Of a DNA stretch of 64,000 bases, positions 52,973 through 64,000 are shown piece after piece (the first letter of the stretch is position 1; each line of letters starts with the position of its first letter). Under the pieces are notes generated by a model, which was not told the DNA's origin, did no database searches, and saw only the letters and a list, made by a program, of their open reading frames with translations. Made by a program: the position numbers and the translations under genes. Where the stretch lies: the NCBI GenBank assembly GCA_963749495.1, contig CAVVMW010000010.1:544001-608000 (forward strand), written 5' to 3'. The stretch comes from an uncultured bacterium (lineage in GTDB: Bacteria > Verrucomicrobiota > Verrucomicrobiia > Limisphaerales > UBA8199).

Positions 52973-54921
52973 ATGAACCGTTTCCTGGCTGGAATTTGCG
53001 CCGCCATTCTGCTCGCGCTGGCGGCCGCCGGCGAGACAACGGATTACGCCGAGACGCAGCACGCGGGCGATTGGCTGCGTCACCCGGTTTACGGCGATCC
53101 CTCGTTCGATGCTTTCGAACGGCTGCCAGGCAACCCGATTCATCGCGGGGCGCCTCCATTCGAGTGGCCAGTCAACGGGTTCTTGTTCGCCGACCCACCA
53201 AGCGGGCGCTGGTACGTTTTTGTGGGCGATTACGGCAAAGGCTATCTCACGCCACCCAGCCGCTGCCTGGTTTACCGGTCCGCCGACCATGGCCTGAGTT
53301 GGACCAACCTGGGCGTCGTCCTGCATGGCGACCCGCAGATGTTCGACCGCGGCGGTCACACGCCGGATGTGAGCGTGGTCTATGCCGATGGCCGCTATCA
53401 GATGGTGTATGATTGGGGCGAGCCCGATTTCAACGCCGAGGGTGGCCTGGCCTACGCCTGGGCGGAGCGGCCCGAAGGCCCTTGGCACCGCGCTCCGCAG
53501 CCCATCACGCGCAACTCCACCCTGTCCAAACTGTCGGGGCGATATCAGCGGACTTACGCTGCCACCCTGCTGCGCCGCAAGAACGATTGGCTCATTCTTG
53601 CCATGATGGACCACGCGCCCCACAGTTGGGCGCTCTTCGCGATGACCGCCACCAAGCCCGAGGGCCCTTACTCGGAACGCCGATTGGTGCGTCAGGTGGA
53701 GGAAGACTACTTCCATCCGCCTTTGCTCGAGTTTTTCCCAGCTTTCGAGCACGACGGTTTTGTGTGTGCGCCGGCCACGTCGGTGGCCCTCAACCGCGAT
53801 TTCAACGCCCTGTTTCGCGCGCCGATCGAGCACGCCGAGGACCCTTCGGCCTGGGCCTTGGTTCAATGCGGTTCGGTTTGGCATTCCGAGGACCGGGACG
53901 CGGAGCATTTCGGCATCTGGGGGCAGACGTTTTCCGGGTTTGTGGATGCGCAGGGCACGTTGCAAGCGATGTTCCCCAGTCGCGATGCGGAGGGGCGCGG
54001 CACCATCAACCTGGCGCAACGCTCGTGGAAAGAGCCTCTCCGCAAGCACGGGTTCGTCCTGAGCGGACACCAGGGACCATCACTCACGCTGCTGACACGG
54101 GCTTATGACGACTTCGCGGTCAATGCGGAGCTGCGATTGCGAGGCACCCTCCGGTTGCTGCTGGACTATGCGGCGCCCCTGGGCCGAGCACGCCCTCCTC
54201 CGATGCCACCCTGCACCCGCTCATGAACACACGGCATCTGGCCCTCGAACTCGCCCCGGCGCAATGGCGCCTGCGCCAGCAGGAGGTCTCCGGGCAGTCG
54301 GAGACGCTCGCCTCGGGCAAGCTCGAGGAGAGGCAGCGGCGCGTCCTGCAGGTTCAACGCCAGGATGGTCGACTGGCCATCAATCTGGACGGGTGGGAGC
54401 TTTGGACAGGCAGGCTGCCGGCCAGTGAAAACCCCGCCCGGACGGGCGTGCTGGGATTGCGCCTGGACCCGAACAGCTATGTTGTCGTTGAGCGCTTCCG
54501 AATTGAGGGCACGCCGAAACCTGCGCGTTTGAGCTATCTCTGGAGCGAAGCCTTGCTCGGCGCCGGCGAATCGCCGGTGGATTGGGCCGAGAGCAAGGCG
54601 GCAAGTTTTCGTTATGCCTCTGGCGTGGTGTCGAAAGCACCCGCGGCTCGGGCCAAGTGGAACATCATCGGCCGCGACCTCCGGTTGTGGTCCCCTCGCG
54701 GCCCTGGCTACGGAAGCATGGAGGTGCGAGTGGACAGCCGGGTCGCCGCCACGCTCGATCTCCGCGCGGATCAGGAAGTCAGCTCCCAGCCCGTCTGGTC
54801 TATCACGGACCTGCCTGATACCTTCCACGCGGTCGTGTTGCTGGCCAAGGCCGGCCGCATCCCCGTAGATTGCCTCGAGGTAACCACCGGCACCGCCCCG
54901 GCAGCGGCCGGTTCCGACTGA
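52973..54921 (+). CDS. Secreted five-bladed-propeller glycosidase-like protein; frameshift near 54185
   Basis: WTNLGVVL, HTPDVSVVY and PEGPW/PEGPY; the shifted frame PSTPSSDATLHPLMNTRH continues to 54921. Confidence 0.6.
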
Positions 54922-55206
54922 GGCGTCGGAGCCAACGGGCTGAACCTGGACGAATGCAGCATCGACGACGCACGCCTCCAGTTGCGCCTCTCGAGTCCCT
55001 TCCAGTGGAAACGCCCGCCAGTCATTGTCTTTCGCCACACCGACCCCTCGCGCCGCTACCGCGTCATTGTGAAGGGGGTGGAGGCGGGCCCCGGGCGCGG
55101 CGAAGACCTGGAGAAAGGAGTTCCTTTGTCGATCAGTTCCAATGGTGCCAGGCGGCGTCGAGGTTACTGGCCCCCCAGGAGGCGGGTGATGTGGGCTTGA
55201 ATCCAG

Positions 55207-57441
55207 GTGGACATGCTCAGGTGGATTGCTAAGATGCCGAATATGATTCGGCGTTGGCCAATTGTTACAGCAGTTCTGATACAAGCCTTTTTGGTCAGCC
55301 TCTGCCTGCTGCCGAGTTGGTCTGCGGGCGCCCAAGACGCTGCCCCGGCGGACCGGAATGCCATCAATACTCGAGCGCATCCCGGCGACATGATGGCGGA
55401 TTCACCCGTGACGTTCCCCAAAGAAGGAGCCCTGCCGGCGAAGTATCCACCGGATGTCCGCGCCCAGGACGAACCGGCCGAGAAGGATTATTACATCTTC
55501 AGTTCACCCTGCCGTTCTCTGGCCCAGATTGCCGAGATTCAAGCCGCCATGCCCAAAGGCCAATTCACGCCACCGGCACCCGACTGGCGCCCGCTTCGAT
55601 GCACTCGTCGGCTTCTCACCGAAGGGGGCGAATTGCGCTTGCTGGCGCTTGGCGACAGCATTGTCAACGACACGATGCGCTCCGGTTGGGTCGCCAAACT
55701 GGCGGAGGCCTACCCCAAGGCCAGAATTCAAGCCACGGTGTATGTGCGCGGCGGAGGCGGCTGCCAGCATTACAAGGAACTGAACCGCATTGCCACCAAT
55801 GTTATTCCGCGCAGGCCGGATTTGGTTTTCATCGGGGGCATCAGCCAAAGGGACATCGAGAGTATCCGGGAGGTCATCCACCAATTGCGCGCCGGGCTGC
55901 CGGAGGTCGAGATTCTGCTGGCGACCGGGGCCTTTGGCACCGTCGATCCGCGCGATCCGGAGGCACTGGCCAAGGCCCCACACTCGGGCACGGGCGCCTA
56001 CGGGCAGGCCCTCAAGAACCTCGCCGCGGAGGAAGGATGCGCGTACTCGGATCTGACCACCCCGTGGGCCGAGTATATCCGCTCAGCCCAAGTGCATCCG
56101 CACCTGTTTTATCGCGATGTCGTTCATGCCAATGAATATGGAGAACAGATACTGTCGAAGATCCTGATGGCCTTCTGGACGGCGGCAGAACCCGCCCCCT
56201 CGAATGTGCGCGGGGGTGAATACCCGAAGATTCATCCCGACCGGCGGGTCACCTTCCGGGTGAAGGCGCCCAATGCCAAGAGCGTTGCGGTGGCTGGTCG
56301 GGCGGAGGATAGCGGCATGAACGGCAACAAGCCGTATGAGATGACCCGAGGCGACAATGGCTTCTGGACTGTTACCACGGACCCTGTGCGCCCGGGCTTC
56401 CACTATTACGAGTTGATTATCGACGGCTGGCACTGCAACGACCCTGCCAGCGAGACTTATTTCGGCTGGGGCCAACCGACCAGCGGCCTCGAAGTGCCGG
56501 ATCTCTCGCTGGACTTCTATGAAGTCAAGAACGTGCCGCACGGCGAAGTGCGCACCTGCTGGTATCCATCGAAAGTCACGGGCACGCTCCGGCGGATCTT
56601 TGTCTATACTCCTGCCGGCTACGACCGTGAGCCCCAGCATCGCTATCCCGTGCTCTACCTGCAGCATGGCGCCGGGGAGAGCGAGCGGGCCTGGACCGCC
56701 CAGGGCCGGGCCAATTTCATCCTGGACAACTTAATCGCCGTTGGAAAAGCCAAGCCGATGCTCGTCGTGATGGAGAACGGTTACGCGACCAGAGCCGGCG
56801 GCAGACCCGTTCCGGGACCTCGAGGCAATGACGCGTTTGCGGAATTGATGGTGCAGGATCTGGTGCCTTTCATTGATTCGAATTTCCGCACTATTGCGGA
56901 TCGGGATCACCGCTCCATTGCCGGTCTTTCCATGGGTGCAGGCCAGGCCCTGCAGATCGGCCTTGGCAACCTCGACCTGTTCGCCTACATCGCTGCTTTC
57001 AGCGGCGGAGCGCGCAACTTTGATCCCAAGATCTCCTTCGGTGGCGCCTTCTCTGATGCGAACACGGCCAACCAACGCATTCGCTTGCTCTGGCTCGGCT
57101 GCGGCACCGAAGATCGCCTCTATGGCCCTGGCAAGAGCCTCCATGAGGCCCTGACTACCGCCGGGATCCAGCATGTCTGGATTGAAGGCCCCGGTTCGCA
57201 CGAGTGGCAGGTCTGGCGAAAGCACCTCCACGATTTGGCCCCGCGTCTGTTCCAAGAAATATACGGTCCCTACGGCGAGCGTTGCGAGGCCATTCCGCAT
57301 TGCGGACACAACACGTTTTTCCAGGACAAAAGCGGCCAATGGCGGTCCACTTACTTCGGCAGTGATCACACCGCGCCCTGGCGGGAGCGCCCGGGCGTGC
57401 TGCCCATAAGGTTTGACTCGAAAGGACGGGTGGGTTTTTGA
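55207..57441 (+). CDS. Fusion: SGNH/GDSL hydrolase + CE1-like esterase + GH43-like tail
   Basis: ALGDSI and DVVH; YPVLYLQHGAG, AGLSMG and GSHEW; tail GHNTFFQDKSGQWRSTYFG. Confidence 0.8.
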   Translation: MDMLRWIAKMPNMIRRWPIVTAVLIQAFLVSLCLLPSWSAGAQDAAPADRNAINTRAHPGDMMADSPVTFPKEGALPAKYPPDVRAQDEPAEKDYYIFSSPCRSLAQIAEIQAAMPKGQFTPPAPDWRPLRCTRRLLTEGGELRLLALGDSIVNDTMRSGWVAKLAEAYPKARIQATVYVRGGGGCQHYKELNRIATNVIPRRPDLVFIGGISQRDIESIREVIHQLRAGLPEVEILLATGAFGTVDPRDPEALAKAPHSGTGAYGQALKNLAAEEGCAYSDLTTPWAEYIRSAQVHPHLFYRDVVHANEYGEQILSKILMAFWTAAEPAPSNVRGGEYPKIHPDRRVTFRVKAPNAKSVAVAGRAEDSGMNGNKPYEMTRGDNGFWTVTTDPVRPGFHYYELIIDGWHCNDPASETYFGWGQPTSGLEVPDLSLDFYEVKNVPHGEVRTCWYPSKVTGTLRRIFVYTPAGYDREPQHRYPVLYLQHGAGESERAWTAQGRANFILDNLIAVGKAKPMLVVMENGYATRAGGRPVPGPRGNDAFAELMVQDLVPFIDSNFRTIADRDHRSIAGLSMGAGQALQIGLGNLDLFAYIAAFSGGARNFDPKISFGGAFSDANTANQRIRLLWLGCGTEDRLYGPGKSLHEALTTAGIQHVWIEGPGSHEWQVWRKHLHDLAPRLFQEIYGPYGERCEAIPHCGHNTFFQDKSGQWRSTYFGSDHTAPWRERPGVLPIRFDSKGRVGF

Positions 57442-57626
57442 GCATCAATTCAGGAATCGAAACGCTCTTGGTATTGGCAGGGTTGCTGTCGGCCATGCTA
57501 ACGGTGTCGGCAGCGGAGCCGCCGAAAGCCGGCGGGCAGACTGCTGAAGGCCCTTTCAAACCGGACTGGCCGTCGCTCCACGCACACCAGGACCCGGAGT
57601 GGTTCCGCGACGCGAAGTTTGGCATC
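57438..57626 (+). pseudogene. GH29 alpha-L-fucosidase N-terminal fragment
   Basis: Signal + FKPDWPSLHAHQDPEWFRDAKFGI, then breaks off. Confidence 0.8.
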
Positions 57627-58165
57627 TCGATTCGACCTTCGCGCTGCCGCCGCTCCTGCTCCAGGCCTACACCTACGACAACTATTACCCGGTGCGCGGC
57701 GACAACCCCGGCACCTTTCTCTGGCGCAGCGGCATGATGGGGGCCTGGCAGATCGACCCGACCGACACGGCCAAGTGGACGGAGGCCGAAAAAGAATCGG
57801 CCCGGCAATCGGTCTGCATCTACAAGGAATGGATTCGTGCGCTGTTCAAGGATGTGAAGGTCCATCACATCCTGCCCCGCCCGGACGGCAAGCACTGGGA
57901 CGGCATGTTTTATTGGAGCCCTCCTCTGGCGAAAGGCACGCTTTACATCTTCCGCCCTGATTCACCAGAGGACCGGCAGATCGTCCGATTGAAGGGCCTC
58001 AACCCGAACCGCAAGTATTGGGTTTGGTGCGAAGACGGCTCCATTTCTCCAGGACTTCGCAGAGGGGCCGAGCTGATGCAAACCGGCCTGGCCATCCGTT
58101 TGCCCGAACCCTACACGAGCGATTTGATCCTCCTGCAGGACTCAGCCCTGGGCAAGCCGAAATGA
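57620..58165 (+). pseudogene. C-terminal fragment of a probable GH36-like glycosidase
   Basis: RSGMMG...HILPRPDGKHWDG...VRLKGLNPNRKY; no N-terminus. Confidence 0.55.
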
Positions 58166-58213
58166 GGTCGTTGTTGCTCGCCAGGCTTCAACCTCATTAA
58201 GCTCCAGTTCGCT

Positions 58214-59280
58214 GTGAAGAAACCAATTCCTGCCCATAAGCCGCTCGCTGTCTTCGCTCTGCTGCTCCTTGCCCTTGCCACCACGCAGGCCGTTGAGACG
58301 GAGATGCTGACCAACGGGGAGATGGAGGCTCCCTTCGTTAACGGCCTTGCGCAAGGCTGGGTACCCAATTGCTACGGATCGAATAAGGTGGTTTTTGCCC
58401 GGGAGTCGGCTGATGTTCACGGGGGAGAATCGGCCCAGCGTGTGACCTGCGCGCGTTTCGATGACGGCGGCGTGCAGTTTCACTCCGGCGATATTGCGAT
58501 CCAGAAGGGCAAGCCCTACACCTTGCGCCTGTGGTTGAAGGGCGACGTGACGGCCCCGGTTTACGTCGGCATCGGCAAACACGGCGCGCCCTACACGCCC
58601 TATCTCAAGCGCGGCATCCTACTGCCGAATTTGCACGAAGGCTACGTGGCGCGCATCGTACCCTCCTCCGGAATCTGGCTCGATGACGTGCAGGTGGAGG
58701 AGGGCGGCCAAACCGATTACCAGCCCGCCCAACCACTCGAGGTGGGAGCCGAGACGCCCACGCGCTGGTGCCGCGTCGGGGACGCCGTGGAAGTCACTGC
58801 CTGGGCAGCAGCCGGAACCCAACCCGACGCAGTCGCTTTGAAGTACACCCTCGAGGACCTGTGGCCGCGGCGGTTGACGAACCTGGTGCACCAGGTCAAA
58901 CCCGGCTAGGCGGACCTCGCCCATTTCCTGCTCAGGCAACCCGGCATGTACCGGGTGCGGGTTCGGGCCAACGAGTCCCCCTCGACCCGCGAAGTATGGT
59001 TCGGGGTCTTTGCGGAACGGGATCGCCCGCTGCGGCCCGATTCGCCCTTTGGCACGCACGTGACCTCGATGGTGTCTGAGCCGGGCAATACGCTGCTGTG
59101 GCCTCGGCGGCAATGGGAGCGCGCTGGGTGCGGCTGCACGACTTCGGAGACTTTTGCCACTGGTGGCGGGTGGAACCGGAGAAGGGCCGCTTCGTCTGGC
59201 ACGACAGGGAGATTGACGCGCTCCGCGAGCGCGGGTTCCTGGTCTTCGCCAACCTTGGCCATCCGCCACGATGGGCAGGT
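58214..59280 (+). pseudogene. Decayed CBM4/9 + GH39-like secreted protein
   Basis: NGEME...GW, WLDDVQVEEG, SPFGTH and WWRVEPEKGRFVW; in-frame TAG at 58907, frameshift near 59100, truncated. Confidence 0.65.
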
Positions 59281-59519
59281 TGCGATTGCGAAAGAAGCCA
59301 GGGTAGCCGCTCCTGGACTCCCGCGCTCCCGCGCGACAGGGGCGTGTCGGGAAACTACGTCTTTAGCATTGTATATAAGAATATTTCTGAGGAAAACTGG
59401 CAATTTCGTGAAGATACCGTTGCGGAAAGCCGGCTTTCAGCTATTCTCGACGATATGGCGAAAAAGCCAGTTCAACGCCGCGCGCACTCGCACATCCGAT
59501 ACTCTAGCGCTGAACAGGA

Positions 59520-59637
59520 ATGCTCCCCGTTGCGCTGCCAAATTCTGGCCGCCCGCGCCCTCCACAAAGACAAGCCCGCCGAGCTGGAAGCCCTCCAGGC
59601 TGCCATCCTCGACCAGGCATTCAGAGGAGACATGTAA
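59520..59637 (+). pseudogene. hsdS: Type I R-M HsdS C-terminal remnant
   Basis: ELEALQAAILDQAFRGDM* matches the HsdS terminal xILxxAFxGxL signature. Confidence 0.65.
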
Positions 59638-60183
59638 ATGCCAACAGCCGCACAATACGAAAAGCAAATCCGCTCCCTGCGCCGGCCATGCCTCTTAGCT
59701 CTCTGGCGCCAGATCAAAGCCGGAACCACACCAGGTTGGGATCCGGGCAAGGCGCTCGAGTATCTGGTAGTCCGCGCTTTCGAGCTTGAAAAGGCCACCG
59801 TCGTCTACCCCTACGAAGTCAGAGACGGTCGTCTCACCATAGAGCAAATCGACGGCGTGGTTTACGTTGACCACCTTACATGCCTCCTCGAGTCTAAAGA
59901 CCATGGAAAACCCCTCGACCATGACCCGCTCGCCGATCTGCGCGATCAACTCCAACGCAGGCCACCGTCAGTCATCGGCTGTTGCGCCTCTGCCAGTGGC
60001 TTCACACTCAACGCACGAAAGCGCGCGGTCCTAGCCGCGCCCCAAAGGATCCTCCTCTGGGAGGCCACTGAGATCGAGTACGCCCTCACCAAGGGAAGGA
60101 TGTGCCGAGGACTTCACGCAAAATGCCGCCACTGCGTCGAGCGTGCCATGCCCGACTTCAACATCAAAGCTGCCAAGATATGA
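59638..60183 (+). CDS. Mrr-like PD-(D/E)XK restriction endonuclease
   Basis: GKALEYLV, EQIDGVV, LLESKD and SASGFT. Confidence 0.75.
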   Translation: MPTAAQYEKQIRSLRRPCLLALWRQIKAGTTPGWDPGKALEYLVVRAFELEKATVVYPYEVRDGRLTIEQIDGVVYVDHLTCLLESKDHGKPLDHDPLADLRDQLQRRPPSVIGCCASASGFTLNARKRAVLAAPQRILLWEATEIEYALTKGRMCRGLHAKCRHCVERAMPDFNIKAAKI

Positions 60184-60560
60184 ACTCCATCTACTTAGTT
60201 GTGAAAAGCTCCGGCGAGGCCGACATGCTCCGCCGGCTACTACCCCCAGGCACACGGAAAGAAATTGAATTCGTCGTCGAAGACGATCCCAGCTCAGCCA
60301 TCTCGACAGCGCGGACCCTCCTAGCCCTTGGCGGTAGGCCCGTCGCACTTGTCGTCGATGCTGGCACCACCGACGAAACTCAAATCGCCACACAACGCCA
60401 AACACTGGCCGCACTTCTCGAAAACGCCTCACCAAATCTCCCCTGCGGCGTCTTTATCGCCGCACCCTCACTCCCAGACATCTTCGCAGCCCGCCGCCCA
60501 GTCAACAACATCCCCCTCGTGCAGGAAATCATGGCCTTCGTAAAACGCGTCACGAACTAG
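60180..60560 (+). CDS. Hypothetical protein, possibly a degenerate TOPRIM-like fold
   Basis: ATGA-coupled to the nuclease; IYLVVKS...PVALVVDAGT. Confidence 0.55.
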   Translation: MNSIYLVVKSSGEADMLRRLLPPGTRKEIEFVVEDDPSSAISTARTLLALGGRPVALVVDAGTTDETQIATQRQTLAALLENASPNLPCGVFIAAPSLPDIFAARRPVNNIPLVQEIMAFVKRVTN

Positions 60561-61012
60561 CTCGCCGGCCAAAGCACCCTGTCAACATCCGGAAGGGCAC
60601 CCCAAAGAACCTCCACCAAGGCGTCACACCCCGGTGCGCGATGATCAACCCCGGCGCCGTCCCGTTCTACCCGTGTAAAACCAGCAACTCGGAGCAACGG
60701 CTCCCCCGCGCTCCCCTTTTCCAATTTCGCTGCCGATCCCCAGTCCCACTTGCCACAGTGCGGCTGCTCTATGCCAACTAAACTCCTTGGTGTGGTTACT
60801 TGTGCCAGCGGTGCGAAGATGGTCTTGTTGACTAAACAGGACACCGGCGCGTTTACCCCCGACGACCAATCAACCATGAACCTCCAAGATGGAGCAAGGC
60901 CCTCGGCCTACGACACCATCCACGGCCAGTTTATGAATTATGCCAAACAGTGTGCAGTCGAGTGCGTCTGCATCAAAGGTAGCGCCGTCAGCCTCAACCA
61001 AGGCTTTGCTCG

Positions 61013-61450
61013 TCAGCCCGCCGCGACTTCCCAACCCGCGCGGCACTCCCGTTTCACCCAGCGGTTCAACTCCGGCAGCTTCGGGCACCGCAACTCGGCG
61101 CTGTCCCATTCCACTTTCGCGTCGACACCCGCCTTGATGGCCAGGTGCCCGAGGAAGAGGAACTCGGTTATGGCCGAGGCGTATGTGAAATCAGCACAAG
61201 TCGGTTTCCCCTCTTTGCAGCTCTGGATGAAGTGATCGAAATGTGAGCCTTTGATCCGGGGGATGCGTGGTTCGGGCACGGGAAACGCCCGGTGCGCCGC
61301 CTCCGGCCACAGCCGTGGTCTTTGGCCGTAACACCCGGTGTGCATCACGCCCTTGGTCCCGATGTAGAGCGTGCCGCCGTCCCAGCCCTCGTGGAAGTCC
61401 CATTCGTACTTCTTCTCGAACTCAGCCAACATCGCCGGGTGCATCGCGTT
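61013..61450 (-). pseudogene. Gfo/Idh/MocA oxidoreductase C-terminal fragment
   Basis: GTLYIGTKG, HFDHFIQSCK, ITEFLFLGHLA and WVKRECRAGW. Confidence 0.75.
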
Positions 61451-61482
61451 GTCATACTCTCAGGGGTTGGTATTTTCACATC

Positions 61483-61880
61483 TCACAGGTTTCGAATCCT
61501 CGCGGTGACCGCCTTGTGCCAGGCGACGTCGTTCCACAGGCGCGGGAATTGCGGGTGGGTGAAGTTCGAGGCGCAGTTGAACCGATACCCGTGCTTCTGG
61601 CCCAAGCCCGCGCAGATCATTCCCGCCTCCTTGATCGAGCTCCCAAATGTTGTGGAGCAGGTCGTTTTCCTTGAGGAATTCGAGCGTCTGATCCCAGACA
61701 CGCACAAACCCGTCGGCGCCGACCACCCGGTCCACGCCCGGGCCGAAGAACCAGGTCGAGAGCCCCAACAATAAGCCGCGCTCCAGGCAGCGCGGAATAA
61801 ACTCCTTCAACGCCCGCCGTGGCTGGATGGTGGTCGAGTATTGCCCGCCCAAGCACAAAGGCATGCCGCACAATCCTGGC
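61483..61880 (-). pseudogene. Internally deleted glycosidase ('cellulase-like') fragment
   Basis: LKEFIPRCLERGLLLGLSTWF joined out of frame to NCASNFTHPQFPRLWNDVAWH. Confidence 0.5.
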
Positions 61881-62498
61881 CTTGAGAATCGCCCTCTCCG
61901 CGGCCTTGGCCGAGGGTCAGGCACTTCCCAAGCCGTCCATCATCCCCAACCTGCCCGGGGCGATCTACGCGGTCGGAGACCCATCAGTTGGTTCCGCGAG
62001 GAAATGGATTTTCGCCAATGCGCCGAGAGGAACCAGGTCTCGCCCCTGTTCACGCTCGCGGAGAGGCATAATCTCACCTGGCTGCCGCTCATCAACTACG
62101 TGGATGCCAATCGGGGCGTGGAGGTGGACGGCACTTGGCACTGGGATGACGACCTCGCCCAATTGAAGCGCGCTTTCGAGCTCCACAAGGGCCGGTTGCG
62201 CGTGGATCGCTCCCTGCAAGCTCGCCGGCAGTCCGCGTGCCTGTGCCTTCGCTTTCGGCTCCGCCCATTCGGGCACATGCGTTGTGGCAGCCTGGGTGCC
62301 AGAAGGGGCCGGCGATATTCATTTGCTGTCCTCGGCCCAGGTCATAGACATTTTCGGCACCGTGTTGCCGCTCCAGAACGGGGTGGTTACGCTGACGGAA
62401 TCGCCCATCTATATTCATGGTCTTACCCTTGAAGGTCTGGACCTGGGCGAGCGCGTCAACCTCGGCGCCATGGGGAGCACACTCCAGCAATCAACAAG

Positions 62499-62695
62499 GT
62501 GAGCATGCAAATGACTATTCATTACCCCCAAGCGATGCTCCGATCGAGCCTTGGCCTGCTGCTGACGCTCGTCGCCACCGTCTCAACGTGCGGGGCTGAT
62601 TTCCCCCCGCCACAAGCCGGGGACTATGTGATTCGGGATTTCCGGTTGCACTCCGGCGAGACCCTGCCGGAGTTGCGGATGCACTATCTCACCTG
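62499..62695 (+). pseudogene. Homoserine acetyltransferase-like alpha/beta hydrolase N-terminal fragment
   Basis: Signal + GDYVIRDFRLHSGETLPELRMHYLT, then unrelated sequence. Confidence 0.65.
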
Positions 62696-62737
62696 CGAAA
62701 CAAATGGATTGACGGTTTTTGGCCTTCCGTTCAATGC

Positions 62738-64000
62738 TTGGTCATGCGCCCGATCTCACATCTGTTCCGCGGCCTCCGCCCAGCGTCAACAGTCAATTGC
62801 CCGCCGGCGTCAAGGAGGGCGGAGGAAAACCGGCGCCCCTGGATCACCGCCCTGGTCTTCTGCGTGGTCCTTGCAATGCCCGCGCTGCGCGCAGCCGCGG
62901 CGCTCCCGGGGGCGGACAAAAAGCTCATCGAATACGGGTGGGACGTGCCGACCCCCGCCCAGATGCGCGATGAGCTTCCAGCGATGGAGAAGCGCCCCTT
63001 CGACGGGCTTATCTTCAAGCTCAGCGGGGGCCACAACGCGTTCGTGACGAAACCGCTTGAGCCGGCCACATTCGCCGAGGACGAGCGCATCCTTCGCGAC
63101 CTGCGGTTCACCCGCTTCACCGATAATTTCGTGATCATCTGGGCTCGCTGCCGGCGGGGTTCGACTGGTTCGACGATGCCCAGTGGGAAGTGATCGAAGC
63201 CAATGCTCAGTTACTCGTGGGTGTCGCCCAGGCTGGACGGGTTCGGGGGATTTGTTTCGACCCCGAGCCGTACGATTTCAGCCTGTGGGACTACGCCAAA
63301 CAGCCGAAGGCCAAGGACCACCCGTTCGCCGATTACCGAGCCAAGGTCCGGCAACGCGGCGCCCAGCTCATGCGGGCGTTTGAAAAACGGATGCCCGGCG
63401 CCCTGATCCTGACTTTCTTCCATGTCAGCCTTTACGATCGGTTGGCGGACCTGCCCGAGGCGGAGCGAGCGCAGCGGTTGGCGCGGGAAAGCTGGGGTCT
63501 GATGCCTGACTTCTTCGTGGGCATGCTGGAGGGCGCAACCCCGAAGGCGCAGTTCATTGACGGCAACGAGAACGCTTACTATTACACCTCGCGCGAGCAG
63601 TATTTCCGTGCCTACCGTGCCATCCGCCGCCGGGCGCTCGGCCTGGTGCCGCCCGAACTTCGGGACAAGTACGAGCGGCAGGTCCGGGCGGGACAAGCAC
63701 TCTACGTGGACCAGAATTTCGCGCTGCGGCAACCAAAAACGGAGCAGTATCTGAGCTACCGGATGACGGCCGAAGAGCGGGCCAAGTGGTTTGAGCACAA
63801 CACCTACTGGGCGCTCTACACAACGGACGAATACGTCTGGTGCTACAGCGAACGCATGAACTGGTGGAAAGACCAAACACCGCCGGGTCTCGAGGCGGCA
63901 ATCGTCCACGCCCGGCAGAAGATCGCCGAGGGCAAGCCGCTCGGCTTCGACATCGAACCCCTCATCGAAACAGTCGGCAAGCGGCCATTGTCAAAACCAT
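62738..64000 (+). CDS. Secreted hypothetical protein, 3'-partial; frameshift near 63147
   Basis: KKLIEYGWDVPT, PFDG; shifted frame FDWFDDAQW...GICFDPEPY...IDGNENAYYY is open to the window edge; start uncertain. Confidence 0.65.

Noticed and set aside
13390..63150. Frameshifts near 13397, 29255, 36925, 41708, 54185 and 63147 as programmed frameshifting or phase variation
   Set aside because: Most are fixed by adding one base to a 2-3 nt G/C run and there are no long slippery tracts. Long-read consensus error or ordinary decay is more likely; reads are needed to decide.

Overview
This is a GC-rich, mosaic accessory region. It is probably from a Verrucomicrobiota (Pedosphaera/Limisphaera-like) genome, inferred from the 'FATTHW'-type ECF sigma + Ser/Thr kinase-WD40 pair, secreted proteins ending in an F[YF]R motif, and the repeat families. 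Coding content: a partial hydroxyproline catabolic operon; glycoside hydrolases, esterases and transporters; an ECF/kinase pair; a 13-kb cluster of large secreted proteins with a beta-barrel; a truncated DNA methylase; restriction/TA remnants; and a dense patchwork of gene fragments at 55-64 kb. The strongest signal is at 10.5-11.85 kb. An ORF-less group II intron (about 10559-11356) is inserted into one arm of a perfect 29-bp inverted repeat with 9-nt periodicity that brackets a GxxExxY nuclease gene. Relatives of that repeat mark several gene junctions and a truncation point elsewhere in the window. No rRNA, complete tRNA, CRISPR array or transposase was seen. Several single-base frameshifts lie in short G/C runs and may be sequencing errors. 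All calls were made by eye, without database searches.
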